DNA of 64,000 bases, taken from the NCBI GenBank assembly GCA_035553855.1, contig DATMJO010000163.1:1403-65402 (forward strand), read 5' to 3'. The notes under the pieces were generated by a model. It made no database searches. It worked only from the letters and a program-made list of their open reading frames with translations, and was not told the origin of the DNA. Position numbers and translations under genes: made by a program. This DNA is from Thermoleophilaceae bacterium. GTDB lineage: Bacteria > Actinomycetota > Thermoleophilia > Solirubrobacterales > Thermoleophilaceae. This document shows positions 42,663 to 51,391 of this stretch, one piece after another. Positions within the stretch are counted from its first letter, which is position 1, and every line of letters begins with the position of its first letter.

Positions 42663-44807
42663 TTGGCTGAGAACGACCACCCGACGGGGCAGGAGCGGCA
42701 GCACACGCTGCTCGGTCTGCCGGCCATCCAGCCGGGAATCGACCACCTCCCCGGGCGGGCCAGCGGCGTTCATCGAGCGCTCCGCCTGAGCGTCACGATC
42801 GGGCGAGAGGCATCGAACGACGTGGTCGTCGACGACCCGCTGGTTTCGCGCCGGCATGCCGAGATGCGGCGGCGTCCCGATGGCGCGTGGGAGCTCACCG
42901 ACCTCGGCACCCCCAACGGGACGTATGTGAACGGCAGGCGGATCGAGTCGCGCGTCCTGGCGGCGCTGGACGTGGTCACTATCGGCCACCACTCGTTCCG
43001 GCTCGTCGACGACGACCTCGAGGAGTATGTGGACGAGGGCCGGGTGACCTTCGAGGCCCATGGGCTGACCGTCAGGGCGCCCGGTGGAGCCGTGCTGCTC
43101 GACGACGTCAGCCTGACGCTGGACGAGAGCTCGTTCATGGCCGTGGTCGGGCCCTCCGGCTCCGGGAAATCGACCCTCCTGAACGCGCTCACCGGCTTCC
43201 GGCCCGCGCAGACCGGCCAGGTTCTCTACTCGGGGCGAGACCTGTACGCCGACTACGAGGAGCTGCGGACCCGCATCGGCTTCGTCCCCCAGGAGGACAT
43301 CGTCCACCTCCCGCTCACCGTCCGCGAGGCGCTCACCTACGCAGCCGAGCTGCGCTTCGCCGGCGACGTGCCGCCCGCGGAGCGGGACGGCCGCGTGCGC
43401 GAGGTGCTGGAGGAGCTCGGCCTCGCCCACGTGTCGGAGACCACGGTCGCGTCGCTCTCTGGCGGCCAGCGGCGGCGCGCGTGCGTCGGCCTCGAGCTGA
43501 TAGCCAAGCCTTCCCTGCTCTTCCTCGATGAACCGACCTCGGGGCTCGATCCGGGCTACGAGCGCAGCCTGATGCTGCTCCTCAGGGAGCTCGCCGACGG
43601 TGGCCGGACGGTCGTCGTGGTCACCCACAGCGTGGAGAGCCTCCGCCTCTGCGACCGCGTGCTGTTCCTGGCACCGGGCGGCCGAACCGCCTATTTCGGC
43701 CCGGCGCAGCTCGCCCCCGCTTACTTCGGCCGGGAGGACTTCCAGGAGGTCTTCCAAGACCTGGGGCAACGCAGCGACCGCGACTGGGCGGGCACGTTCG
43801 GCGCCCATCCCTACCACGACCGCTACATCCAGCGCGGGTCGGGCGAGCGCCCGCCGCCGGTGCCCGCCGACCGCCGCCGCCTCCCGTCGCTCGTGACTCC
43901 CCGCAGCTGGTTTCGCCAGTTCGGGATGCTCACGAGACGCTACGCGCGGGTGCTCGCGAGTGACCGGCGAAACCTCGCCCTCCTCATTTCCCAGCCCTTG
44001 CTGCTGGGCATCCTCATGCTGGCCGCGCTGCCAGGCGGCGAGCTCGCCCCCGCGCCTGAGGGCGAGCTACGGGTGGTCTCGCGCGCGGGGCTCGTGCTGC
44101 TCGTGGTGGTGCTCGGCGCCACCTGGCTCGGGGCGTCCAACGCGATCCGGGAGATCGTCAAGGAGCTTGCGATCCTGAAGCGTGAGCGCGCCGCGGGGCT
44201 CTCGGTCTCCGCGTACGTGTGGTCCAAGGCCGTCGTGCTCGGCGCCGTCACCGTGCTGCAGGCGGGCGCGCTGACCGGAATCGCCACCCTCGCCCAGGAT
44301 GGCCCGCGCGAGGGAAGCATGCTCGGCTGGCCGCTCGGCGAGCTCATGCTCGCCGCGGCCCTTACCGGCCTCGCGGGGATGGCACTCGGGCTTGCGATCT
44401 CGGCGCTCGCGGGATCGGTGGACCGGGCGATGACCGTGCTTCCCGTCGTTCTGATCGTCGAGATGCTGCTCGCGATGGGCGGGCTCTTTCCCGACCTGGT
44501 GGACAAGCCCGTCCTTCGGCAGGCCAAGGAGGTGGCCGGCACCCAGTGGGCCTTCGCCGCCGCCGCGTCCACCACCGACCTGGACCGCCTCCAATCCGTC
44601 GACAGGATCGCGCGCGACCTGCCGCAGGTGCGGCTCGACGACCCCCTGCCGGTGCTCCGGGCAATCTCCGATCCGGGCCCCGGCGAGCCTCGCTGGCGCC
44701 ACGACTGGCGCACATGGAGCAAAAACGCCGCCGCGCTCCTCGCCCTCACGCTTCTGGGCATCCTGGCTGCGATCGCGGCGGTCTGGCGGCGAAGGCCCGA
44801 GGTATGA
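42663..44807 (+). CDS. FHA-domain ABC transporter, fused ATPase and ABC-2 permease (Rv1747-like architecture)
   Basis: The FHA segment is TIGREASNDVVVDDPLVSRRHAEM..GTPNGTYVNG. Walker A is GPSGSGKST, with LSGGQRRR and LLFLDEPTSGLD. The C-terminus has 6 TM segments. Confidence 0.9.
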   Translation: MAENDHPTGQERQHTLLGLPAIQPGIDHLPGRASGVHRALRLSVTIGREASNDVVVDDPLVSRRHAEMRRRPDGAWELTDLGTPNGTYVNGRRIESRVLAALDVVTIGHHSFRLVDDDLEEYVDEGRVTFEAHGLTVRAPGGAVLLDDVSLTLDESSFMAVVGPSGSGKSTLLNALTGFRPAQTGQVLYSGRDLYADYEELRTRIGFVPQEDIVHLPLTVREALTYAAELRFAGDVPPAERDGRVREVLEELGLAHVSETTVASLSGGQRRRACVGLELIAKPSLLFLDEPTSGLDPGYERSLMLLLRELADGGRTVVVVTHSVESLRLCDRVLFLAPGGRTAYFGPAQLAPAYFGREDFQEVFQDLGQRSDRDWAGTFGAHPYHDRYIQRGSGERPPPVPADRRRLPSLVTPRSWFRQFGMLTRRYARVLASDRRNLALLISQPLLLGILMLAALPGGELAPAPEGELRVVSRAGLVLLVVVLGATWLGASNAIREIVKELAILKRERAAGLSVSAYVWSKAVVLGAVTVLQAGALTGIATLAQDGPREGSMLGWPLGELMLAAALTGLAGMALGLAISALAGSVDRAMTVLPVVLIVEMLLAMGGLFPDLVDKPVLRQAKEVAGTQWAFAAAASTTDLDRLQSVDRIARDLPQVRLDDPLPVLRAISDPGPGEPRWRHDWRTWSKNAAALLALTLLGILAAIAAVWRRRPEV

Positions 44808-45742
44808 GGCTCCGGGCCGGAGCGACGCTCGCCTGCCTCGCGCTGCTGCTCGCCGGCTGCGCCGAGGCGACCGACCAACAGCGGCCCCGCGTCTCGGTGG
44901 AGGCCGGGGGTGAGCGCTGGCGCGGTATCGCGTCCGGGCTCGGTGGGCCCGAGGATCCGGACTCCTCCAACGTCTGCGACCGCGGCGAGCGGCGCTGCAT
45001 CGACGAGGTCGTCCGCGAGATGCGCCGGCGCTTCGAGCTGCTTGCGGCCCGCTGCGACCACCGCGCGGCCTTCGCGTTCATGTACCTCACCGTGACCGAG
45101 GGGGTCGGCGAGACCGGCGCTCGGATCTTCGAGAACCCCCGCTACCTGAACCACCTCGACGCCGTGTTCGCGCAGCTCTACTTCGACGCCTTCGACGCCC
45201 ACGCCCGCGGCGAGCGGGAGCGCGTGCCGGTCGCGTGGCAGATCGCGCTCGATGCCGCCGAGCGCCGCCAGGTCACCGGGCTGGGGGACATGCTCCTCGG
45301 AATGAACGCCCACATCTCCCGCGATCTCCCTTTCGCGCTCGCTCGGATCGGCCTGGAGACCGCCGCGGGAGCGCCGGCGCGGCGGGACTACGATCGCGTG
45401 AACCAGCTGCTCGCGGATGTGCAGGACCCGATGCTCGCCGCGGCCTCGGACCGCCTGGACCCGTCGATCGGGAAGTTCGAGATCGCGGCGCTCGGCTTCA
45501 GCGCCGGGGATATCGCGGAACTGATCGCCACATGGCGCTCCGAGGCCTACCGCAATGCGGAGGCGCTGATCGAGGCACCGCCCGGCGCCCGGCGCGCGCT
45601 CGTGGCCGCACGCATCGAGACCAACGCGGAGAGCCGCGCTCGGATCCTGCAGGCTGCCACCTCCTACACGCTCCTGGGCGAGACCTCAGCCGCACGTGAT
45701 CGCTACTGCCAGGCCCGTCACGGCGCCGGGAGGGAGCCCTGA
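44804..45742 (+). CDS. lipoprotein of unknown function (possibly DUF5995-like)
   Basis: An ATGA overlap joins it to the transporter. The lipobox is LLLAGC. The conserved-looking LLGMNAHISRDLPFAL is present. Confidence 0.7.
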   Translation: MRLRAGATLACLALLLAGCAEATDQQRPRVSVEAGGERWRGIASGLGGPEDPDSSNVCDRGERRCIDEVVREMRRRFELLAARCDHRAAFAFMYLTVTEGVGETGARIFENPRYLNHLDAVFAQLYFDAFDAHARGERERVPVAWQIALDAAERRQVTGLGDMLLGMNAHISRDLPFALARIGLETAAGAPARRDYDRVNQLLADVQDPMLAAASDRLDPSIGKFEIAALGFSAGDIAELIATWRSEAYRNAEALIEAPPGARRALVAARIETNAESRARILQAATSYTLLGETSAARDRYCQARHGAGREP

Positions 45743-45765
45743 GCCAGGACCAGCAGCACTCCGGC

Positions 45766-47313
45766 GTGCGGCTCGCGGAACTCGTCGTCGCGCTGTCGCT
45801 CGCCACGGACCTCGGGCTCGGCCAGCCGCTGGAGCACGTGCTCCGCAGCACCGCGATCGCCCTCCGGATCGGCGAGCGCACCGGCCTCGAGCCCGAGCGC
45901 CGCTCGGCACTCTTCCACGTGGGGATGCTGTCGTTCGTCGGCTGCACGGTGGACGGCGGCGAGCTCGCCGACCTGTTCGGCGACGACATCGCGTTCCGCG
46001 CCGCCACCTACGACGTGGACACGGCGGGCATCCCGATGCTCGGCTTCCTCCTGCGCCAGGCGGCGGCGGGGGGCCCTCCGGCCCAGCGGGCCCGCGCCCT
46101 CGCCGCACTGGTCGCCACGGGCCCTGGCCGCATCCAGCGGGCGATGCTCGCCCATTGCCAGGCGACCGGCGGCCTTGCGGAGCGCTTCGGCCTGGGCGGC
46201 GAGGTGCGCCGCGCCCTCCAGCACGCGTTCGCCCGCTGGGACGGCAAGGGGCTGCCCCCGGAGGCCTCGAGGGACGCGATCGAGCCGCTCGCCCGGATCG
46301 TCCACATCGCGGAGATCACCGAGGTGGCCCACAGGTCCGGCGGCACGGAAGCTGTGGCGGAGGTCGCCCGGGAGCGCTCCGGGAGGCAGTTCGACCCGGA
46401 CCTCGCGGCCGAGCTGGCGAAAGCCGGCGACGAGCTCTTCGCCGGCCTCGATGAGCTCGACTGGCCCGCGCTGATCGAGTCGGAGCCCGGCCTGCGCGAC
46501 CGGCTTCCCGCGGACCGCCTCGACGACGCGCTCGAGGCGATCGCCGACTTCTGCGACCTGAGGAGCCTCCAGTTCGCGGGCCACTCCCGCTCGGTGGCCG
46601 ACCTCGCCTCCGCGGCGGCGCTGACGAGCGGCCTCGGTGAAGGCGAGTCCGCCACCGTCAGGCGAGCTGCGCTGCTGCAGGACCTGGGCCGGGCGGGCGT
46701 GTCGGCGACGATCTGGGACAAGCCCGGACCGCTGTCCCCGGGCGAGTGGGAGCGGGTGCGCCTCCACACGTACTTCACCGAGCGCATGCTCGCCCGGCCG
46801 CCCGTCCTCGCGGCGATCGGCGAGCTGGCGGCGGCCCACCACGAGCGCATGGACGGATCGGGCTACCACCGCGGCCTGGCCGGCTCGGCCGTGCCGGCGG
46901 CGGCGCGCCTCCTGGCGGCGGCGGACGTGCACCGTGCCGTCCAGGAGCGCCGGGCCCACCGGCCGCCGGCCGCCGCCGCGGACGCGGACAGGCTGCTGAG
47001 GTCCGAGGCGAAGGCCGGGCGCCTCGACGCAGACGCGGTCGACGCCGTGCTCGCCGCCGCGGCGGGCCGGGGCCATGCGTCGCGCCGGCGCGGTTCGGGT
47101 CCCGCCGGGCTCACCCCGAGGGAGGTCGAGGTGCTGCGCATGCTCGCCACCGGCGTCCGGAACCGGGACGTGGCCGAGGCGCTCCACATCAGCCGCAAGA
47201 CGGTCGCGACCCACGTCGAGCACATCTACGCCAAGGCCGGCGTTTCGACCCGTGCGGGCGCCGCCCTCTTCGCGATGCGCCACGGGCTCGTGGATGCCGA
47301 AAAGATCGGGTGA
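45766..47313 (+). CDS. LuxR-family regulator with two degenerate HD-GYP-like domains
   Basis: HHERMDGSGYHRGL has GYH in place of GYP, and the first copy is RWDGKGLP. The C-terminal HTH is LTPREVEVLRMLATGVRNRDVAEALHISRKTVATHVEHIYAK. Confidence 0.85.
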   Translation: MRLAELVVALSLATDLGLGQPLEHVLRSTAIALRIGERTGLEPERRSALFHVGMLSFVGCTVDGGELADLFGDDIAFRAATYDVDTAGIPMLGFLLRQAAAGGPPAQRARALAALVATGPGRIQRAMLAHCQATGGLAERFGLGGEVRRALQHAFARWDGKGLPPEASRDAIEPLARIVHIAEITEVAHRSGGTEAVAEVARERSGRQFDPDLAAELAKAGDELFAGLDELDWPALIESEPGLRDRLPADRLDDALEAIADFCDLRSLQFAGHSRSVADLASAAALTSGLGEGESATVRRAALLQDLGRAGVSATIWDKPGPLSPGEWERVRLHTYFTERMLARPPVLAAIGELAAAHHERMDGSGYHRGLAGSAVPAAARLLAAADVHRAVQERRAHRPPAAAADADRLLRSEAKAGRLDADAVDAVLAAAAGRGHASRRRGSGPAGLTPREVEVLRMLATGVRNRDVAEALHISRKTVATHVEHIYAKAGVSTRAGAALFAMRHGLVDAEKIG

Positions 47314-47377
47314 ACGCCCGATGTGCCGGCTCCTGGGGGGGCGTAGGTTGGTCGCACCCGAGTTTCAGGAGGCACCG

Positions 47378-47473
47378 ATGGCCGAGGTCATCAGAAGAGC
47401 GCTCGTCATCGCAGCGGCCGCGCAGACGCAGGTGGAGAACCTGGACCCCATCCCGGTGGAGAGCGCGTCGTGA
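47378..47473 (+). CDS. 31-codon ORF (MAEVIRRALVIAAAAQTQVENLDPIPVESAS) coupled to the downstream methyltransferase
   Basis: AGGAGG lies 5 nt before the ATG. The stop overlaps the methyltransferase GTG (GTGA). Confidence 0.35.
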   Translation: MAEVIRRALVIAAAAQTQVENLDPIPVESAS

Positions 47474-48567
47474 GCGCCCCCGCCGCGACCACGGCGGAGA
47501 CCCGCCGCGACGCGCTGACGGAGCGGCTGTTCGAGGCCACCGTCGGCGCCCTGGAGCTCCTGAGCGTGCACATCGGCTGGCGCCTCGGGCTCTACCAAGC
47601 GCTCGTCGCCGGACCGGCGACCGAAGCCGAGCTCGCGGAGCGCGCGGGAATCGACGCGCGCTACACACGCGAGTGGCTGGAGCAGCAGGCCGTGGCGGGC
47701 ATCCTCGAGGTCGACGACGCGGACGCCGACCCGGAGCTCCGCCGCTTCTCGCTGCCCGCCGGACACGAGGAGGTGCTGGCGGTGGCCGACAGCGCCGCGC
47801 ATGTCGCGCCGTTCGGGCCGATGATCGTGGGCATCGCGGGCGCGATGCCGGCCGTCATCGAGGCCTACCGCAGCGGCGAGGGGGTGCCGTACGAGCGCTA
47901 CGGGGCGGACTTCCGGGACGGGCAGGGCGCCATCAACCGCCCGGCCTTCGTGAACGAGACCGCCGCGTGGATCGCGAGCATGCCCGAGGTCGACGCGCGG
48001 CTCCGCGACGACGGCGAGCCCGCCCGCGTCGCAGACGTCGGCTGCGGGCAGGGCCACTCGACGCTGGCGATCGCGAGCGCGTACCCGCGGGCGCGGGTGG
48101 AGGGGATCGACCTCGATCCCGCGTCGATCGAGGATGCCGCCTCGCTCGCTCGCGCGGCAGGCCAGAGCGATGCCGTCGAGTTCAGGGTCGCGGACGCCTC
48201 CGAGCTCGCGGCTTCGGGCCCATACGACCTCGTCTGCATCTTCGAGGCGCTGCACGACATGTCGCGCCCCGTCGAGGTCCTCGAGGCGCTACGCGCAGCG
48301 CTCGCACCCGGCGGGAGCGTGCTGCTCGCGGACGAGCGCGTGGCGGAATCCTTCACGGCGCCGGGTGACGAGGTGGAGCGGATCATGTACGGCTGGAGCG
48401 TCACCCACTGCCTGCCCGTGTCGCTCGCGGAGCAGCCCTCCGCGGCGCTCGGAACGGCGCTGCGGCCGGGGACGGTCGCTGAGCTGGCGAAGGCGGCCGG
48501 ATTCGCGAGCTTCGAGGTCCTCGGGATCGAGAACGACTTCTTCCGCTTCTATCGCCTCGCGGGCTGA
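47470..48567 (+). CDS. class I SAM-dependent methyltransferase with an N-terminal winged-helix-like domain
   Basis: VADVGCGQGHSTLAIA is motif I. The N-terminal LGLYQALVAGPATEAELAERAGI resembles a wHTH dimerisation domain. Confidence 0.85.
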   Translation: MSAPAATTAETRRDALTERLFEATVGALELLSVHIGWRLGLYQALVAGPATEAELAERAGIDARYTREWLEQQAVAGILEVDDADADPELRRFSLPAGHEEVLAVADSAAHVAPFGPMIVGIAGAMPAVIEAYRSGEGVPYERYGADFRDGQGAINRPAFVNETAAWIASMPEVDARLRDDGEPARVADVGCGQGHSTLAIASAYPRARVEGIDLDPASIEDAASLARAAGQSDAVEFRVADASELAASGPYDLVCIFEALHDMSRPVEVLEALRAALAPGGSVLLADERVAESFTAPGDEVERIMYGWSVTHCLPVSLAEQPSAALGTALRPGTVAELAKAAGFASFEVLGIENDFFRFYRLAG

Positions 48568-49874
48568 GGCAGCCGCACCGTCACGCCGCGCTTGGGGACG
48601 AACGTCACGCCGCGCCGCACCCGGCGGTCCGGCCGGCGGCCATGGGGCTCCAGGTCGGTGCGCTCGAGGACCCGGCGGATGACCACCCGCATTTCGAACG
48701 TAGCGAAGCTCGCGCCGATGCAACGTCGCGTGCCGCCGCCGAACGGCAGCCAGGTGTAGGTGTCGGGGGCGTCGGGCCCCAGGTGGCGCTCCGGCCGGAA
48801 GGCGCGCGGCTCGGGGAAGAGGTCGCCTCGCCGGTGGATTCCCGCGATCGACGGGTTGATGTCGGTCCCCGGCGGGATCACGTGCCCGGCCACCTCGAAC
48901 GGCTCCTCCCTGACCGTGCGCCCGATGCCCGCGATCACGGGCCGCAGCCGCAGCGTCTCCTTGATCACCGCGTCGAGATAGGCGTCGTCGCCGTCGCCCA
49001 GCGACGCCCGCAGGCGGGCGAGCGCCGGCGGGTTGCGCAGCAGCAGCTCGAACGCCCACGCGAGGGCGGTCGCGGTGGTCTCATGGCCGGCCACGAGCAG
49101 GGTGACGAGCTCGTCCCGCAGCTCGCCGTCGCTCATCGGCCGCCCGTCCTCGTCGCGGGCGAGCAGGAGCATGGAGAGGACGTCCTCCCGGCCGGCGAGC
49201 CCGGGCTCCTCGCGCCGCCGCGCGATCTCGGCGTGAATCAGCTCGTCCACATGCCGGTGGTGCTCGGCGAAGTCGCCCATCCGCGCGGGGCCGAGCCGCC
49301 CGCCGGAGAGCACCATGGCGAGGAGCCGCGCGCGGCTCCCGATCGGATCGATCAGCGCGCGGAGGCCGCGCTTCAGGTCGTCCTCGAACGCGCCTTCGCC
49401 CACCCCGAACACCGCACGCATGATCACCTCGAGCGTCAGGCCCCGCATCGAGGGAAGGAGCGCGAAGGGCCTGCGCACGGGCCATGACTCGATCGCGTGG
49501 TCTGCCGCCTCGCGCATCACCTCCTCGTACGCACGCATGCGCTCACCGTGGAACGGCGGCAGGAGCAGGCGCCTCTCCCTGAGATGCTCGTCGGTGTCGA
49601 GCAGGAGCAGCGAGCGGGCGCCCACGACCGGTCGCAGGACGGCGTTGGCCTCGCCGGCCCGCAGGACGGTAGGCGGCCCGCGGAAGACCTGACGCACGGC
49701 GTCCGGGTGGAAGAGCATCACGAAGCCCGGGTCGAAAAGCGTGCGAAAGGTGACGACATCCCCGTAGCGCCGTCTGCAGCCGTCGATGAACGGGGCAGGG
49801 GCCAGCATGAAGCCGAGCGTCTGGACCACCCGCGGGAGCCGCGGGCCGGGCGGTAGCTCTGCCTGGGCGCGCAT
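48549..49874 (-). CDS. cytochrome P450
   Basis: AGHETT (I-helix), ETLR (K-helix) and FGGGTRRCIGASFA (heme Cys loop) are present. The start is taken at an internal ATG (MRAQAELPPGP). Confidence 0.93.
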   Translation of the reverse strand: MRAQAELPPGPRLPRVVQTLGFMLAPAPFIDGCRRRYGDVVTFRTLFDPGFVMLFHPDAVRQVFRGPPTVLRAGEANAVLRPVVGARSLLLLDTDEHLRERRLLLPPFHGERMRAYEEVMREAADHAIESWPVRRPFALLPSMRGLTLEVIMRAVFGVGEGAFEDDLKRGLRALIDPIGSRARLLAMVLSGGRLGPARMGDFAEHHRHVDELIHAEIARRREEPGLAGREDVLSMLLLARDEDGRPMSDGELRDELVTLLVAGHETTATALAWAFELLLRNPPALARLRASLGDGDDAYLDAVIKETLRLRPVIAGIGRTVREEPFEVAGHVIPPGTDINPSIAGIHRRGDLFPEPRAFRPERHLGPDAPDTYTWLPFGGGTRRCIGASFATFEMRVVIRRVLERTDLEPHGRRPDRRVRRGVTFVPKRGVTVRLPQPARR

Positions 49875-49926
49875 CCGCGGAGGATGACATCCGCAAGCTT
49901 TCGGCCCTCCATGCGTTGATTGGGAC

Positions 49927-51339
49927 GTGGGGAGGCGGGGACTCGTCCTGACGTTGATTCTCGGCTCGGCGCTGCTGCCGGCCGGCGCGGCCGCGCAGTC
50001 GGGCGGCGATCCCTGCCGGCCCGCGGGCCTATCCCACTCGCTATGCACGGGCGTCGAGAAGCTTGCCGAGCGGGCGTCCGCCGAGTGCCGGCGGCCCGGC
50101 GTCGCGACCGACTCCCAGTGCGCCTCGCCCGTCGGCCTGCGCGTCGACCGCGGCGCCGTCGACGCCTTCGAGGGTGGCTTCACGCATCGCGCCCTCGCCT
50201 TCCAGTCCGCCCTCGCCGACGACCTGCCCCTGTCCAACGCGCCCTGGGTCGGCACGCACAACTCCTACAACAGCCCGTCCGAGCTGCCGACCATCTCTCA
50301 CACCGACTCGAACCAGCAGCTCTCGACGACCGACCAGCTGCGGATGGGGGTGCGCAGCCTCGAGATCGACGTCCACTGGTTCCCGAGCGCGCGCGGGCCC
50401 GGCTTCGCCCCGGTCGTCTGCCACGCCCGCCCCGGCTCCGAGGGTCACGCGGGCTGCTCCACCGAGCGCCTGCTCGGCGAGGTGCTCGCCGACATCGAGG
50501 CCTGGCTCGACGCGAATCCCGGTGAGGTCATCCTCCTCTACCTCGAGGACCATCTCCAGAGCGCACCGGCCTACCAGGCGGGAGCCGCCGCGATCGACTC
50601 GACGCTGGGCCAGCGCGTCTACCGGCCGGCGACCCCGGCGGGCGGCTGCGAGTCGCTCCCGCTCGACATCGCGCGTGACGACATCCGCGCGGCGGGCAAG
50701 CAGGTCCTGATCGTCGGCCGCTGCGGCGCCGGCCCCTGGGCCGAGCGCGTCTTCGACTGGGGAGGTGCCGCCGAGCCGCACGTCGAGTCGAACTCATCCA
50801 CGTGGTCCGCTCCCTGCGGGGGCTTCACCCGGCCCACCTACGAGGCCAAGCTCGTCCGCTACTACGAGGACCGCACCTGGGTCGGCACGACACCCGCAGG
50901 CGGCAGCCTCGGCCCGTCCTCGGGGATCACCCCGCAGAAGGCCCGCGAGATGACCCTTTGCGGCGTGGACCTCACCGGCCTCGACCAGCTCCTGCCCGGC
51001 GACGGCCGCCTGGAGGCCACGGTCTGGAGCTGGGCCGACGGCGAGCCCGGGACCGGCGACTGCGCCGCGCAGCGCGCCGACGGCCGCTGGATCTCGGCCG
51101 ACTGCGCCGGCTCGCGGCCCGCGGCATGCCGCTCGACCGCCGACGGCTCGTGGAGCGTCGTGGGCCCCGCGGGCCCGAAGAGCGGCGCGGCCGCCGCCTG
51201 TGCCTCGGCGGGCAGGGTCGCGGCCGCCCCCCGCACCGGCCGCGAGAACGACCTGCTCCGCATCGCCGCCTCGGGCGCCGAGCCGTGGCTCGGCCTGTCG
51301 GGCTCCGGCGGCTCGTTCGCCGCCGACGACGCCCGCTAA
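49927..51339 (+). CDS. secreted PI-PLC X-domain-like phosphodiesterase with a C-terminal C-type-lectin-like Cys-rich module
   Basis: A signal peptide is present. WVGTHNSYN and LEIDVHW are PLC-like catalytic His motifs. The C-terminus is WSWADGEP..C..W..C..C. Confidence 0.75.
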   Translation: MGRRGLVLTLILGSALLPAGAAAQSGGDPCRPAGLSHSLCTGVEKLAERASAECRRPGVATDSQCASPVGLRVDRGAVDAFEGGFTHRALAFQSALADDLPLSNAPWVGTHNSYNSPSELPTISHTDSNQQLSTTDQLRMGVRSLEIDVHWFPSARGPGFAPVVCHARPGSEGHAGCSTERLLGEVLADIEAWLDANPGEVILLYLEDHLQSAPAYQAGAAAIDSTLGQRVYRPATPAGGCESLPLDIARDDIRAAGKQVLIVGRCGAGPWAERVFDWGGAAEPHVESNSSTWSAPCGGFTRPTYEAKLVRYYEDRTWVGTTPAGGSLGPSSGITPQKAREMTLCGVDLTGLDQLLPGDGRLEATVWSWADGEPGTGDCAAQRADGRWISADCAGSRPAACRSTADGSWSVVGPAGPKSGAAAACASAGRVAAAPRTGRENDLLRIAASGAEPWLGLSGSGGSFAADDAR

Positions 51340-51391
51340 GTGTGCTGAGTCGGAAGTTCGGCTTCAGCACGAAATAACGACTCAGCACACT
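51339..51391. terminator. bidirectional hairpin between convergent genes (perfect 14-bp stem)
   Basis: AGTGTGCTGAGTCG (51339-51352) pairs with CGACTCAGCACACT (51378-51391). The loop is AT-richer. Confidence 0.6.

Noticed and set aside
48549-48567. The 19-nt convergent overlap of the methyltransferase and P450 3' ends could be a regulatory feature. Similar overlaps occur at 7307-7317 and 9707-9725.
   Set aside because: Short convergent overlaps are frequent in this compact GC-rich window, and nothing sequence-specific distinguishes this one.
49875-49926. A biarylitide-type mini-ORF (MxYxH-like) upstream of the cytochrome P450.
   Set aside because: The 52-nt region upstream of the P450 start has no SD-preceded short ORF. 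The only ATG there opens a long out-of-frame shadow ORF (49718-49912).
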